The notes under the pieces were generated by a model. It did not search any database, had not been told where the DNA came from, and saw only the letters and a program-made list of their open reading frames with translations. DNA of 64,000 bases from an uncultured Planctomycetota bacterium (GTDB lineage: Bacteria > Planctomycetota > Planctomycetia > Gemmatales > Gemmataceae), in NCBI GenBank assembly GCA_963849325.1, contig CAWKHF010000009.1:64001-128000 (forward strand), given 5' to 3'. A program made the translations under genes and the position numbers. Below, piece by piece: positions 43,742-52,495 of this stretch; within the stretch, counting starts at the first letter, position 1, and each line of letters starts with the position of its first letter.

Positions 43742-43758
43742 TTCAAATCTGGTGCCAA
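43742..43758 (-). promoter_or_regulatory. Sigma-54-like promoter motif (-12 GA variant)
   Basis: TTGGCACCAGATTTGAA on the minus strand: TGGCAC, GG-N10-GA. Confidence 0.55.
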
Positions 43759-43868
43759 TTTTCCTCATCCGGCGGAGGAACTCCCCTCGCCTGGTAGGAC
43801 GGCCGTGCGGGATCGTATGATGAGGGAAGCAAACATGGACCCGAAACTCCAGACAAGACCCACGACTC

Positions 43869-46736
43869 ATGGCACGTTACCTGATCGGCATTGACCTGGG
43901 CACGACCAACAGCGCGCTGGCGTACCTCGACTTGCAGCATCCGCGGCGCGGCGACCGGCTGGACATCAAGCCGTTCCCTCTCCCGCAGCTGGTGGCGGCC
44001 GGCGAGGTCAAGGAGCGGCCGCTGTTGCCGTCGTTTTTGTACCTGCCGGGCCAGCACGACTTACCGCCGGGAGCGACCGCCCTGCCGTGGGACGCCCAGC
44101 GCGGCTACGCCGTCGGCGAGTTCGCCCGCAACCACGGCGGAAAGGTGCCCGGCCGACTCGTCAGCTCGGCCAAGTCGTGGCTGTGTCATGGCGGCGTCGA
44201 TCGCTCGGCCGGCCTGCTGCCGTGGACCGCGCCGCCCGATGTGCCGCGCGTTTCGCCCATCGAGGCATCGGCCCGCTATCTGCGACACATGGTCGAAAGC
44301 TGGAACCACGTCATGGCTCAGGGCCGGCCCGACGATCGGCTGGAGAAGCAGACCGTCGTACTGACCGTGCCGGCGTCGTTCGACGACGTCGCCCGCAACC
44401 TGACGGTCGAGGCGGCGCGCAAGGCGGGGCTGGAAGAGTTGGTCCTGCTGGAGGAACCGCAGGCGGCGTTCTACTGCTGGCTGGTGACGCACTCGGCGAC
44501 CGAGGCCGCCTCCCTCAAGCCGGGGACGCGCTGCCTGGTCGTGGACGTCGGCGGCGGCACCAGCGATTTCAGTCTCATCGAGGCGGTCGAGCAGCAAGGC
44601 GAGTTGGGCTTCGTGCGCCAGGCCGTCGGCGATCATCTGTTGCTGGGCGGCGACAACATGGACCTGGCCCTGGCCAAGTTTGTCGAGACGAAGTTGCCGG
44701 GCGCCGGCCGACTCGACGCGGTGCAATACGGTCTGCTGACGCAAGCATGTCGGTTGGCGAAGGAAACGCTGCTGAGTCCGAACGCGCCGGAGAGCCACAC
44801 GGTAACGGTGATCGGCCGAGGCCGCGCCGTCATCGGCGGCACCTTGCACACGAAATTGACGCCGGCGGACGTGCGGCAGGTGGTCCTCGATGGTTTCTTC
44901 CCGGTGGTGCCGTCCGACGCGGCCCCGCAGCGCGGCGCCCGCGCCGGTCTGCACGAAATGGGTCTGCCTTACGTCAGCGATCCGGCCATCACGCGCCACC
45001 TGGCCGCCTTTCTTCAACATCAATCCGCGCCCGGCGCCGGTGCGCCGACGGCGATCCTGTTCAACGGCGGCGTCTTCCAGCCGCCGGCCCTGCGCCAGCG
45101 CGTCGTCGAGGTTCTGCGCCAGTGGTACGATCGACCGGAGCACCCCTGGCAGCCGCTGGCCTTGACGAACCCATCGCTGGACCTGGCCGTCGCCTGGGGA
45201 GCGGCGTACTTCGCCTGGCTGCGCCACACCGGCGGCCGTCGCATCGGCGGCGGCATTGCGCGTTCCTACTACGTCGGCGTCCAACAAGCCCGGAGCGCCA
45301 GCGACGGGGCAGACGAGGCGATCACGGTGGTTTGTGTAGTGCCGCAGCACATGGAGGAGGGGCAGGACATCGTACTGGACAGGCCGGAGCTGGAGCTGGC
45401 CCTGGGACAGCCGGTGATGTTTCCGTTGTACACCTCGACGGTGCGCGGCGACGACCGTGCCGGCGACCTGCTGACGGTGGCGCCGGACCAACTCTTGCGC
45501 ATGCCGCCGCTTCATACGGTCCTGCGGGGAGGCAAGCGCAGCGGCACCAAATCGGTGCCGGTGACGCTGGCGGCGCGCTCGACGGCCATCGGCACGCTGG
45601 AGTTGTTCTGCGTGGCCCGCGACGGTGCCAACCGCTGGCGACTGGAATTCAACGTCCGCGACCTGGTGCAAGACTCGCCTCCGCGCGGCGAGGCCGACGG
45701 CGACGCGGAGCCGACCGTCACCGACGTTTGGCCGGAGGCCCAGGTGCAGGAAGCCGGCCGGCTTATTCGATCCGTGTACCCTGTCGCCGCACCCGTGGAG
45801 ACGAGTGACAATCCCTTGACACCACAGGAACTGACGAAAGCGCTGGAGTCGGCGCTGGACGCGCCGCGGCACGCCTGGCCGACCGGACTGTGCCGCCGAC
45901 TATGGGATTTTCTGTCCGAGGTCGCCGAGGAGCGGCGCCGCTCACCGTCGCACCTGAGCCGCTGGTACAACCTGACCGGCTACTGCCTGCGCCCCGGCTT
46001 CGGCGATCCCCTCGACAAGTTTCGCATCGAGCAGCTGTGGAAGATGATGGCCGCGCCGCCGCGCGCCGACGCCGGCAAGGGGGCACGAGGGACGGCGCCG
46101 CGCTTGACCGAGACGGGCGCCGACGCCTGGATCATGTGGCGGCGCGTGGCCGGCGGACTGCACTCGACCCTGCAACAAGCGCTATACGATCGACTGCGCC
46201 CGGTACTGCTGCCGGCCAAGGGCAAGGCGTTTGCCCGTCCCGGAGCCAATGAGTTGGCCGAGATGTGGCGGGCGGCGGCCGCCTTCGAGCGCCTCGACGT
46301 CAAGCACAAGGAAACCCTCGGGGCCGCCCTGCTCAAACCGCTGCGACGCAGTCCTGTGCCCACCTACGGCTTCTGGGCGCTGACCCGTCTCGGAGCGCGA
46401 GCACTTCTGTATGGGCCGCTTAACGCAGTCATGCATCATCAGGTCGTCGAGAAGTGGCTGGAATCGATCTTACCGTTCCAGCCAGGCAATCAGAGCGAAC
46501 GGTTGGCCTGGGCGTTCTGCCTGACGCAACTGGCCCGCCGCACCGGACAACGCGCCCTCGACATTGATGACACTCATCGACAGAGCGTGCTCGACGTGCT
46601 GCGCGGCCAATCCATCCCGGATCACTGGCGGCGCATGGTTGAGGAAGTATCGGAAATGGAGCGGGAAGAACAGGGGCAGATGCTCGGCGATTCGCTGCCC
46701 ATCGGTCTGCGCCTGCTGCCGGCGCAAAAAGAGTAG
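43869..46736 (+). CDS. Hsp70-family protein with long C-terminal extension (DUF3731-like)
   Basis: GIDLGTTNS, TVPASFD, EEPQAA, DVGGGTSD, LLLGGDNMD; C-terminal GYCLRPGFGDPLD. Confidence 0.9.
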   Translation: MARYLIGIDLGTTNSALAYLDLQHPRRGDRLDIKPFPLPQLVAAGEVKERPLLPSFLYLPGQHDLPPGATALPWDAQRGYAVGEFARNHGGKVPGRLVSSAKSWLCHGGVDRSAGLLPWTAPPDVPRVSPIEASARYLRHMVESWNHVMAQGRPDDRLEKQTVVLTVPASFDDVARNLTVEAARKAGLEELVLLEEPQAAFYCWLVTHSATEAASLKPGTRCLVVDVGGGTSDFSLIEAVEQQGELGFVRQAVGDHLLLGGDNMDLALAKFVETKLPGAGRLDAVQYGLLTQACRLAKETLLSPNAPESHTVTVIGRGRAVIGGTLHTKLTPADVRQVVLDGFFPVVPSDAAPQRGARAGLHEMGLPYVSDPAITRHLAAFLQHQSAPGAGAPTAILFNGGVFQPPALRQRVVEVLRQWYDRPEHPWQPLALTNPSLDLAVAWGAAYFAWLRHTGGRRIGGGIARSYYVGVQQARSASDGADEAITVVCVVPQHMEEGQDIVLDRPELELALGQPVMFPLYTSTVRGDDRAGDLLTVAPDQLLRMPPLHTVLRGGKRSGTKSVPVTLAARSTAIGTLELFCVARDGANRWRLEFNVRDLVQDSPPRGEADGDAEPTVTDVWPEAQVQEAGRLIRSVYPVAAPVETSDNPLTPQELTKALESALDAPRHAWPTGLCRRLWDFLSEVAEERRRSPSHLSRWYNLTGYCLRPGFGDPLDKFRIEQLWKMMAAPPRADAGKGARGTAPRLTETGADAWIMWRRVAGGLHSTLQQALYDRLRPVLLPAKGKAFARPGANELAEMWRAAAAFERLDVKHKETLGAALLKPLRRSPVPTYGFWALTRLGARALLYGPLNAVMHHQVVEKWLESILPFQPGNQSERLAWAFCLTQLARRTGQRALDIDDTHRQSVLDVLRGQSIPDHWRRMVEEVSEMEREEQGQMLGDSLPIGLRLLPAQKE

Positions 46737-46764
46737 GTCGGAGAGCGATTAAGGAGGATTCCCT

Positions 46765-47559
46765 ATGCCCTCACCATTCCCCGGTATGGACCCGTACCTG
46801 GAGACGCCGCATCTGTGGCCTGACGTGCATAGTCGGCTGATCAGCGAAATCCAGAGCTTCTTGAATCCGGCCTTGCGGCCGCGCTACGTCGCCCGGGTCG
46901 AACTGCGCGTCTATGTCTCGGACGAAGACGATCCCGGAAAAGAGTCTCCCCGCATCCCAGATGTCCGCATCGATCGGACCACGAAACGCAAGGGGGCGAA
47001 AGCGACGAAGGGGGCGGAGACTGTCGCCGTCGCCGAACCGCTGACCATCCCTTTTCTGGTCGAAGACGAAATCGAAGAAGCCTTTCTGGAGATCCGGCAT
47101 CTCGAATCGAAGACCACCGTCACGGTCCTGGAAGTCCTCAGTCCGTCGAACAAGGTTCGCGGCTCAGCGGGTCGGAGGAGTTTCCTGGCCAAACGGCGGC
47201 AAGTCCTCGCCTCGGAGGTCCACTGGGTCGAGATCGACTTGCTGCGAGCGGGCGAGCTGTCCCTGGCGCGGCTGGCCGCGGCGTCCAGCGATTACCGGAT
47301 CGTTGTCTCGCGCGGTGAAGACTGGCGCCGCGGCCAGTTCTGGCCCGTGAACGTGCGCCAAGCCCTGCCGTTCATCGGCATTCCGTTGCGCGGCAAGGAT
47401 CCGGACGTACCCCTCGATCTGAACGCCGTGCTGCGCGCCGCCTACGACCATGCGGCCTACGATCTGTCGATCGATTATCGCCGCGAGCCGTCGTCGCCAC
47501 TGTCGCGCGCGGACGCCGCCTGGGCCAACAAGGTGCTCCGCGAACACGGCTTGCGCTGA
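46765..47559 (+). CDS. DUF4058 family protein
   Basis: MPSPFPGMDPYLE..LWPDVH, EVLSPSNK, HWVEIDLLR. Confidence 0.88.
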   Translation: MPSPFPGMDPYLETPHLWPDVHSRLISEIQSFLNPALRPRYVARVELRVYVSDEDDPGKESPRIPDVRIDRTTKRKGAKATKGAETVAVAEPLTIPFLVEDEIEEAFLEIRHLESKTTVTVLEVLSPSNKVRGSAGRRSFLAKRRQVLASEVHWVEIDLLRAGELSLARLAAASSDYRIVVSRGEDWRRGQFWPVNVRQALPFIGIPLRGKDPDVPLDLNAVLRAAYDHAAYDLSIDYRREPSSPLSRADAAWANKVLREHGLR

Positions 47560-47590
47560 ACGGTCGCGGCTCGGTTCGTTCCGCTCGCGT

Positions 47591-48028
47591 TCAATGCCAG
47601 CGGGCGAAAGCGTTCTCGCCGCTGGTGTAGGTGATCTCGCCATGAAGCACGCCGCGCACGGAGAGCAACTCCTCGCCGAGATGACGCACCTCGGTCCCCG
47701 GGCCGCGCAGTACCGATACCTCCAGGCAGTGCCGCTCGCCCAGGTGGACGTGCAGGCTGGATACCACCAGATGGTGGTGATGGTGCTGCTTGTCGATTAG
47801 CCGGGCCGCCAGTTCGCGGGCATGGTGGTCGTAGACGAGCGTGAGGACGGCCACCTGCTCGCTCGTCTCGTCTTGCTCGCCCTGGGACTCTTCCCGGACG
47901 AGGTGATCGCGGATGAGATCGCGGATGGCTTCGCTGCGCGTAGCGTAGCCGCGCGCCGTGATGCTGCGATCGAATGCCGTCAGCAGCACGTCTTCCAGGG
48001 AGATGCTAATTCGCGTCAGGTCCGCCAT
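47591..48028 (-). CDS. nikR: Nickel-responsive regulator NikR
   Basis: RISISL...GY..RSEAIRDLIR RHH domain; LVYDHH, QH, HVHL...CLEV. Confidence 0.93.
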   Translation of the reverse strand: MADLTRISISLEDVLLTAFDRSITARGYATRSEAIRDLIRDHLVREESQGEQDETSEQVAVLTLVYDHHARELAARLIDKQHHHHHLVVSSLHVHLGERHCLEVSVLRGPGTEVRHLGEELLSVRGVLHGEITYTSGENAFARWH

Positions 48029-48282
48029 TTGTCCCTTGTTCCCTCGATTATCCCCGAGCGCGTCTCTTTATCATTGTCCGCGACCGCGTGACGAATTGCC
48101 AGAACGAACCGCGGAGGAGCCGCGTCATCTCGGCGGCGCGACGGACTATCCTACGCAATCCGGACAGAACATGCGAACAGGCGCCGAAACGCGGGGAACT
48201 TTTCCGATTCGTTCTCTCTCCGCTTGAAGGGAGAGAATAATTCCAGGGTGTCACGATCCTTCCCCGACCCACGGCCGTGTTC

Positions 48283-48957
48283 ATGTTGAGAATGTCCGGA
48301 GGCTGCGGGGTTCCGATTTTGGCCGCATGGATGCTGCTGCTGGCAGCGCGGCCGGGGTGGACGGGCGAACGCCATTACCTCCTCATCTTCGGCGCGCAAT
48401 CGCACCCGAAACTGCCCCGCTACACGCATACCTTCGCCACGTTCGTCAAGGTCGGCGACTGCCCAGCCGACGGCGCAGCGCCGCCCTTTCATGCGTACAC
48501 GATCAGCTGGTTGCCTCAGACGTTGAAGGTCCGGCCCTTCCGCTGCTCCAATGAGCCGGGGGTGAACCTGGACCTGGAGACGACCTTGCGCTGGGCCGGC
48601 GCCAACCGCATGCGCGTGTCCGAATGGGGACCATACGAGATCGAGGGCGAGTTCTGGCACCTCGTTTACAACGAATATCTGCGGATGCAAAGCGGCATCT
48701 ACCGCTACAAGGCCATTGATCCCTTCACGCGCGGCTCGTTGACTACCGACTGCATCCACGCCGTCTCCGACGTAGATTACCGCCACAGCCGCGCCGAATA
48801 TTTCTTCGTCCGCAACGGCGACCCGGCCAGCCGCCACCTCGTCTTCGTCCTGCTCGACCGCGAGCGCGTGCTCGCCGATCACGGCGACCTCTCCTGGCTG
48901 AACACGGCCCTGGGGTTGGATCCCTATCCGATTCAACGGCGGCGCGACCCCAGATAA
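48283..48957 (+). CDS. Hypothetical exported protein (start uncertain)
   Basis: Typical codon use; hydrophobic N-terminus; YTHTFATFVK, TISWLP, WGPYEI, CIHAVSD. Confidence 0.7.
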   Translation: MLRMSGGCGVPILAAWMLLLAARPGWTGERHYLLIFGAQSHPKLPRYTHTFATFVKVGDCPADGAAPPFHAYTISWLPQTLKVRPFRCSNEPGVNLDLETTLRWAGANRMRVSEWGPYEIEGEFWHLVYNEYLRMQSGIYRYKAIDPFTRGSLTTDCIHAVSDVDYRHSRAEYFFVRNGDPASRHLVFVLLDRERVLADHGDLSWLNTALGLDPYPIQRRRDPR

Positions 48958-49073
48958 GGCTCGGTGGGTAGCCGTTCCAAACTACGGTTCGCCCCGAATC
49001 GGCTCCTCGCATCCGCTATAATCCTTTTCTCCCTCTGGTCAGGGTTCGTTGGGGAAGAGGCGGCGGCGCGGAC

Positions 49074-50318
49074 ATGGCGGACGAGGTTTGGGACATCGTG
49101 GTGGTCGGCGCGGGGGCGGCGGGGCTGATGGCGGCCATCCGGGCGGCGGAGTGCGGCCGGCGCGTGCTGGTGCTGGAGAAGAACCGCAAGCCCGGCGTCA
49201 AGATCCTCATGTCCGGCGGCACGCGCTGCAACCTGACGCACGCCACCGACAACCGCGGCATCGTCGAGGCGTTCGGTCCGCCCGGCCGCTTTCTTCACTC
49301 GGCGCTGGCCGCCCTCAGCGTCCAGGACACGGTGGACTTTTTCGAGTCCGAGGGCGTCGCCACCAAGGTCGAGGAGACCGGCAAAATATTCCCGGTCAGC
49401 AACAAGGCGCTAGACGTACTCGAAGCCTTGCTGCGGCGGTTGCGACGGAGCGGGGCGGTTCTCGCCTTGGAGGAGCCGTTGCGCGACTTGCAAGTACGTC
49501 CGTCCGGGTTCGCCCTGACGACGCCACGGCGCATCCTCGACGCCAAACACGTCATCCTCACGACGGGCGGCCAATCCTATCCGGGCTGCGGCACGACCGG
49601 CGACGGCTACGACCTCACGGTTCGACTGGGACACACAATCGTGCCGCCACGGCCGGCACTGGTGCCCGTGACGGTCTCGGATCGTCGGGTGCTCGACCTG
49701 CGCGGCGTCACCCTGCCGGACGTGGCGGTGCGCGTTGTCGAGGACAGGAAGTCACTGATCTCCCGTCGAGGCTCTCTGTTGTTCGCGCACTTCGGACTGT
49801 CCGGCCCGGTCATTCTCGACCTCAGCCGGGTCATCAGCGGACACGCCCGGCCCGAGACGCTGGCCCTGGAAGTGGACCTGCTGCCCGGCATCGCCGAGGC
49901 CGCTCTCGACGAACACCTGCGCGTGGAGACGGCGGCGTCCGGCAAGAAACAGTTGGCGGCCGTGCTGGCCGTTCATCTGCCGCGCCGGCTCTGCGAAACG
50001 CTGCTGGAGATGGCTGGGCTGCCGGCCGACCGCAAGGCAGCGGCGCTGAGCCGCCCTGACCGCGTCCGTTTGGCCGCCACCGTCAAGCGTCTGCACCTGC
50101 CGGTGACGGGCACTCTCGGCTTCGGCAAGGCCGAGGTGACCGCCGGCGGCGTCGCCCTGGAGGAGGTCGATTCCCGCAGTCTGCGCAGCAAGCGCGTGCC
50201 GGGCCTGTTCCTCGCCGGCGAACTGCTCGACCTCGACGGGCCAATCGGCGGCTACAACTTCCAGGCGGCCTGGAGTACCGGCTGGCTGGCGGGACAGTGG
50301 GCCGCAGAGGACGATTGA
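49074..50318 (+). CDS. HI0933/BaiN family NAD(P)/FAD-dependent oxidoreductase
   Basis: VVGAGAAG, KILMSGGTRCNLT, TGGQSYP..GTTGDG, GELLDLDGPIGGYNFQAAWSTG; TATAAT at 49017. Confidence 0.92.
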   Translation: MADEVWDIVVVGAGAAGLMAAIRAAECGRRVLVLEKNRKPGVKILMSGGTRCNLTHATDNRGIVEAFGPPGRFLHSALAALSVQDTVDFFESEGVATKVEETGKIFPVSNKALDVLEALLRRLRRSGAVLALEEPLRDLQVRPSGFALTTPRRILDAKHVILTTGGQSYPGCGTTGDGYDLTVRLGHTIVPPRPALVPVTVSDRRVLDLRGVTLPDVAVRVVEDRKSLISRRGSLLFAHFGLSGPVILDLSRVISGHARPETLALEVDLLPGIAEAALDEHLRVETAASGKKQLAAVLAVHLPRRLCETLLEMAGLPADRKAAALSRPDRVRLAATVKRLHLPVTGTLGFGKAEVTAGGVALEEVDSRSLRSKRVPGLFLAGELLDLDGPIGGYNFQAAWSTGWLAGQWAAEDD

Positions 50319-50445
50319 GCCGTTTTTTCCGCGCCGACGGAACTTTTGTCGGCGGGAGGGGTCTAATGTTCCGGATTCCCGCCCGAGAGGCTGTGCCTCG
50401 AATTCTCTCGTGAACGTCTGTCCTCTTGAAGTACAGGGATCGCAC

Positions 50446-51378
50446 ATGCTCCTGCGTCACGTTCCGATTGGTTTTTTCCTGCTGATTTGTGGGGGACTGG
50501 CCTCGGTCGAGGCGGCCGCTCCCAATCCCAAGGCGAAGCCCAAAACTGCCCAAACCCTGCCGTCCGTCGATGGCGATAAACTGCCGCCCGGACAGTTCGC
50601 CGGCACCGTCGTCAATTTGCCCGGCAGCGATCGCATGTTCACTCTTAAGATCACCTATCCCGAAGTGCGTCTCAAGCCGGGCGCGAAGATGCCCAACCTG
50701 AACAACATGCACGCTCGGGGCATGCATCAGACCCTTCAGCAGATGCACCAAGCCCAGCAGACGCGCGGCGGCCGCGGTTATCATCGCGGAGGGCATTATT
50801 CCGCCCTCAGCAACATGATGCACATGCAGCAGATGTACGTGCAGGGGCAGCAGAGGATGGCGCAGGCGATGGCGCGGGCCCAACAAAAGGAACTCCAGCT
50901 CTTACAACAAGAGATCCGGGCCATCCAAAATATGTATCAGGTCGTTCCGGCGACGCGCAACTTCGATTTCCAGGCGGAGGAGACCGTCAAGGTGCGCATC
51001 AAGGACTTGCCCGAACAGTTCGACGACAAGGGCAACATCAAGAGCTATACCGCGCAGGAGAAGTCCGAGCTGAAAGGCAAGGACAAGACCCTGGTCGGCT
51101 ACGAAAGCTCGATCGACAACCTCAAGGTTGGGCAGATCGTCCTGGTTTCGCTTCGCGTCCACAAGGATCCCAAACCGGCGAACAAACTCATCGCCTCCGT
51201 CGCCAGCAATAAGGACCAGGACGCCGACAAGGACAAAGACGCCGAGAAGGACAAGGACAAAGACGCCGATGCTTCGGTCCAACACAAGATGCAGGTGCGT
51301 TTGATTCTGATTGTCAAGGACAGCGATGCGCCGCAGTACTCGACGACGGCGGCGCCGAAGAAAAAGAAGAACAAGTAA
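50446..51378 (+). CDS. Hypothetical exported protein with Q/M/H-rich and D/K-rich low-complexity segments
   Basis: Signal peptide; strong coding bias. Confidence 0.78.
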   Translation: MLLRHVPIGFFLLICGGLASVEAAAPNPKAKPKTAQTLPSVDGDKLPPGQFAGTVVNLPGSDRMFTLKITYPEVRLKPGAKMPNLNNMHARGMHQTLQQMHQAQQTRGGRGYHRGGHYSALSNMMHMQQMYVQGQQRMAQAMARAQQKELQLLQQEIRAIQNMYQVVPATRNFDFQAEETVKVRIKDLPEQFDDKGNIKSYTAQEKSELKGKDKTLVGYESSIDNLKVGQIVLVSLRVHKDPKPANKLIASVASNKDQDADKDKDAEKDKDKDADASVQHKMQVRLILIVKDSDAPQYSTTAAPKKKKNK

Positions 51379-51455
51379 GTCGGAAGCCATTCGGTGATGG
51401 GGCCGTTCGCGGCGGAAGGCGAAGCCGCGAGCGGCCACGTTGTTTTTCTCTCTGG

Positions 51456-52379
51456 TCAGTGGTTCAATTCCAGTCCCAGGTAAAGCTGCATGTTATCGGT
51501 CGAGACGGTTCGCTGATCGAGCATTCCCGTCCATTGGTGCTTGGCGCCGACCTTGAACTTGCCGCCGCTGCCGACGGGAACGGCCAGGCGAACGTCCTGG
51601 TTGATCGTGTCTTGCTGAAGGGGCGTCAGGGACGGCGTGGCGCTGCCTTGGTACTCCAGACCGATGCCGTACAGCAGAGGCCATCGGCCCTGTACCTCCA
51701 GCAGCCAGTCGGAGCGCCCCTGGGTGCGCACGGGGTGGAGGGGATCGGTGTAGCTGACGCCCGGTCCACTGCGGAAGGTGAACTCCGCCAGCGAGCCGAC
51801 CGGCAGCTTGCAGGCCAGGCCGGTACGGCCGCTGACCTTCATGTTGGACTGGCCGGCCTCGTCGCTGTTGGCGCCGACCTGGCCGAAGACGGAGAGGGGG
51901 CCGGCGACGCCCAGCTGCCAGGAATCGTTCGTCTGCCAGGTGCGCTTCCAGGACGGATCGTCCCAAACCTTCGCCACCGGGGCGTCGGTCACCTCGACCT
52001 GGGAATTCAACGAACCCAGCAGTCCCGCACTCGTTTGGCTCACCTTTCGCGGCTTCTTGTCGGGCTGCTCCCAGGGACTGAGCGTCGAGGCGTCGGTCCC
52101 TCCGGCCGGCGCAACCGAGTCGGGATCGAGGCCGGCTTGCGCCGGCAGAAGACGAGGTGCGCCGAAGCCGGACGAGTCCGGGGCCAACCACGGATGAGGG
52201 TTCGTGGGGTCGAGTCCGGAGGCCGAAGCGTTCGACTGGGCGGCGTCGGAGTAGGTTTGCCAGAGCGTGAGAAGATCGTCCGCCGGGTCGGGACATTCGT
52301 CGGCACGCAGGCAAACGTCGAGGGTCGTCAACAGCGGAAGGCAGAGAAGAACGAGCCAGGATCGGCGCTCGATCGACAT
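51456..52379 (-). CDS. Hypothetical exported protein, possibly beta-strand rich
   Basis: Signal-like N-terminus; GAGGGG RBS; alternating polar/hydrophobic C-terminal segments. Confidence 0.72.
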   Translation of the reverse strand: MSIERRSWLVLLCLPLLTTLDVCLRADECPDPADDLLTLWQTYSDAAQSNASASGLDPTNPHPWLAPDSSGFGAPRLLPAQAGLDPDSVAPAGGTDASTLSPWEQPDKKPRKVSQTSAGLLGSLNSQVEVTDAPVAKVWDDPSWKRTWQTNDSWQLGVAGPLSVFGQVGANSDEAGQSNMKVSGRTGLACKLPVGSLAEFTFRSGPGVSYTDPLHPVRTQGRSDWLLEVQGRWPLLYGIGLEYQGSATPSLTPLQQDTINQDVRLAVPVGSGGKFKVGAKHQWTGMLDQRTVSTDNMQLYLGLELNH

Positions 52380-52431
52380 GACACCCCTCGAAACGATCTC
52401 AGCGGGGGTTAGCAGAGGGCAGAGGAAAAAT

Positions 52432-52492
52432 CAATGCGGAATGCAGAATGCAGAATGAAAGACAGGTTTCTTTTATTCTGCATTCTGCATTG
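52432..52492. repeat. Inverted heptamer repeat (AATGCAG)n/(CTGCATT)n
   Basis: CAATGCGGAATGCAGAATGCAGAATGAAAG...CTTTTATTCTGCATTCTGCATTG. Confidence 0.8.
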
Positions 52493-52495
52493 GTG

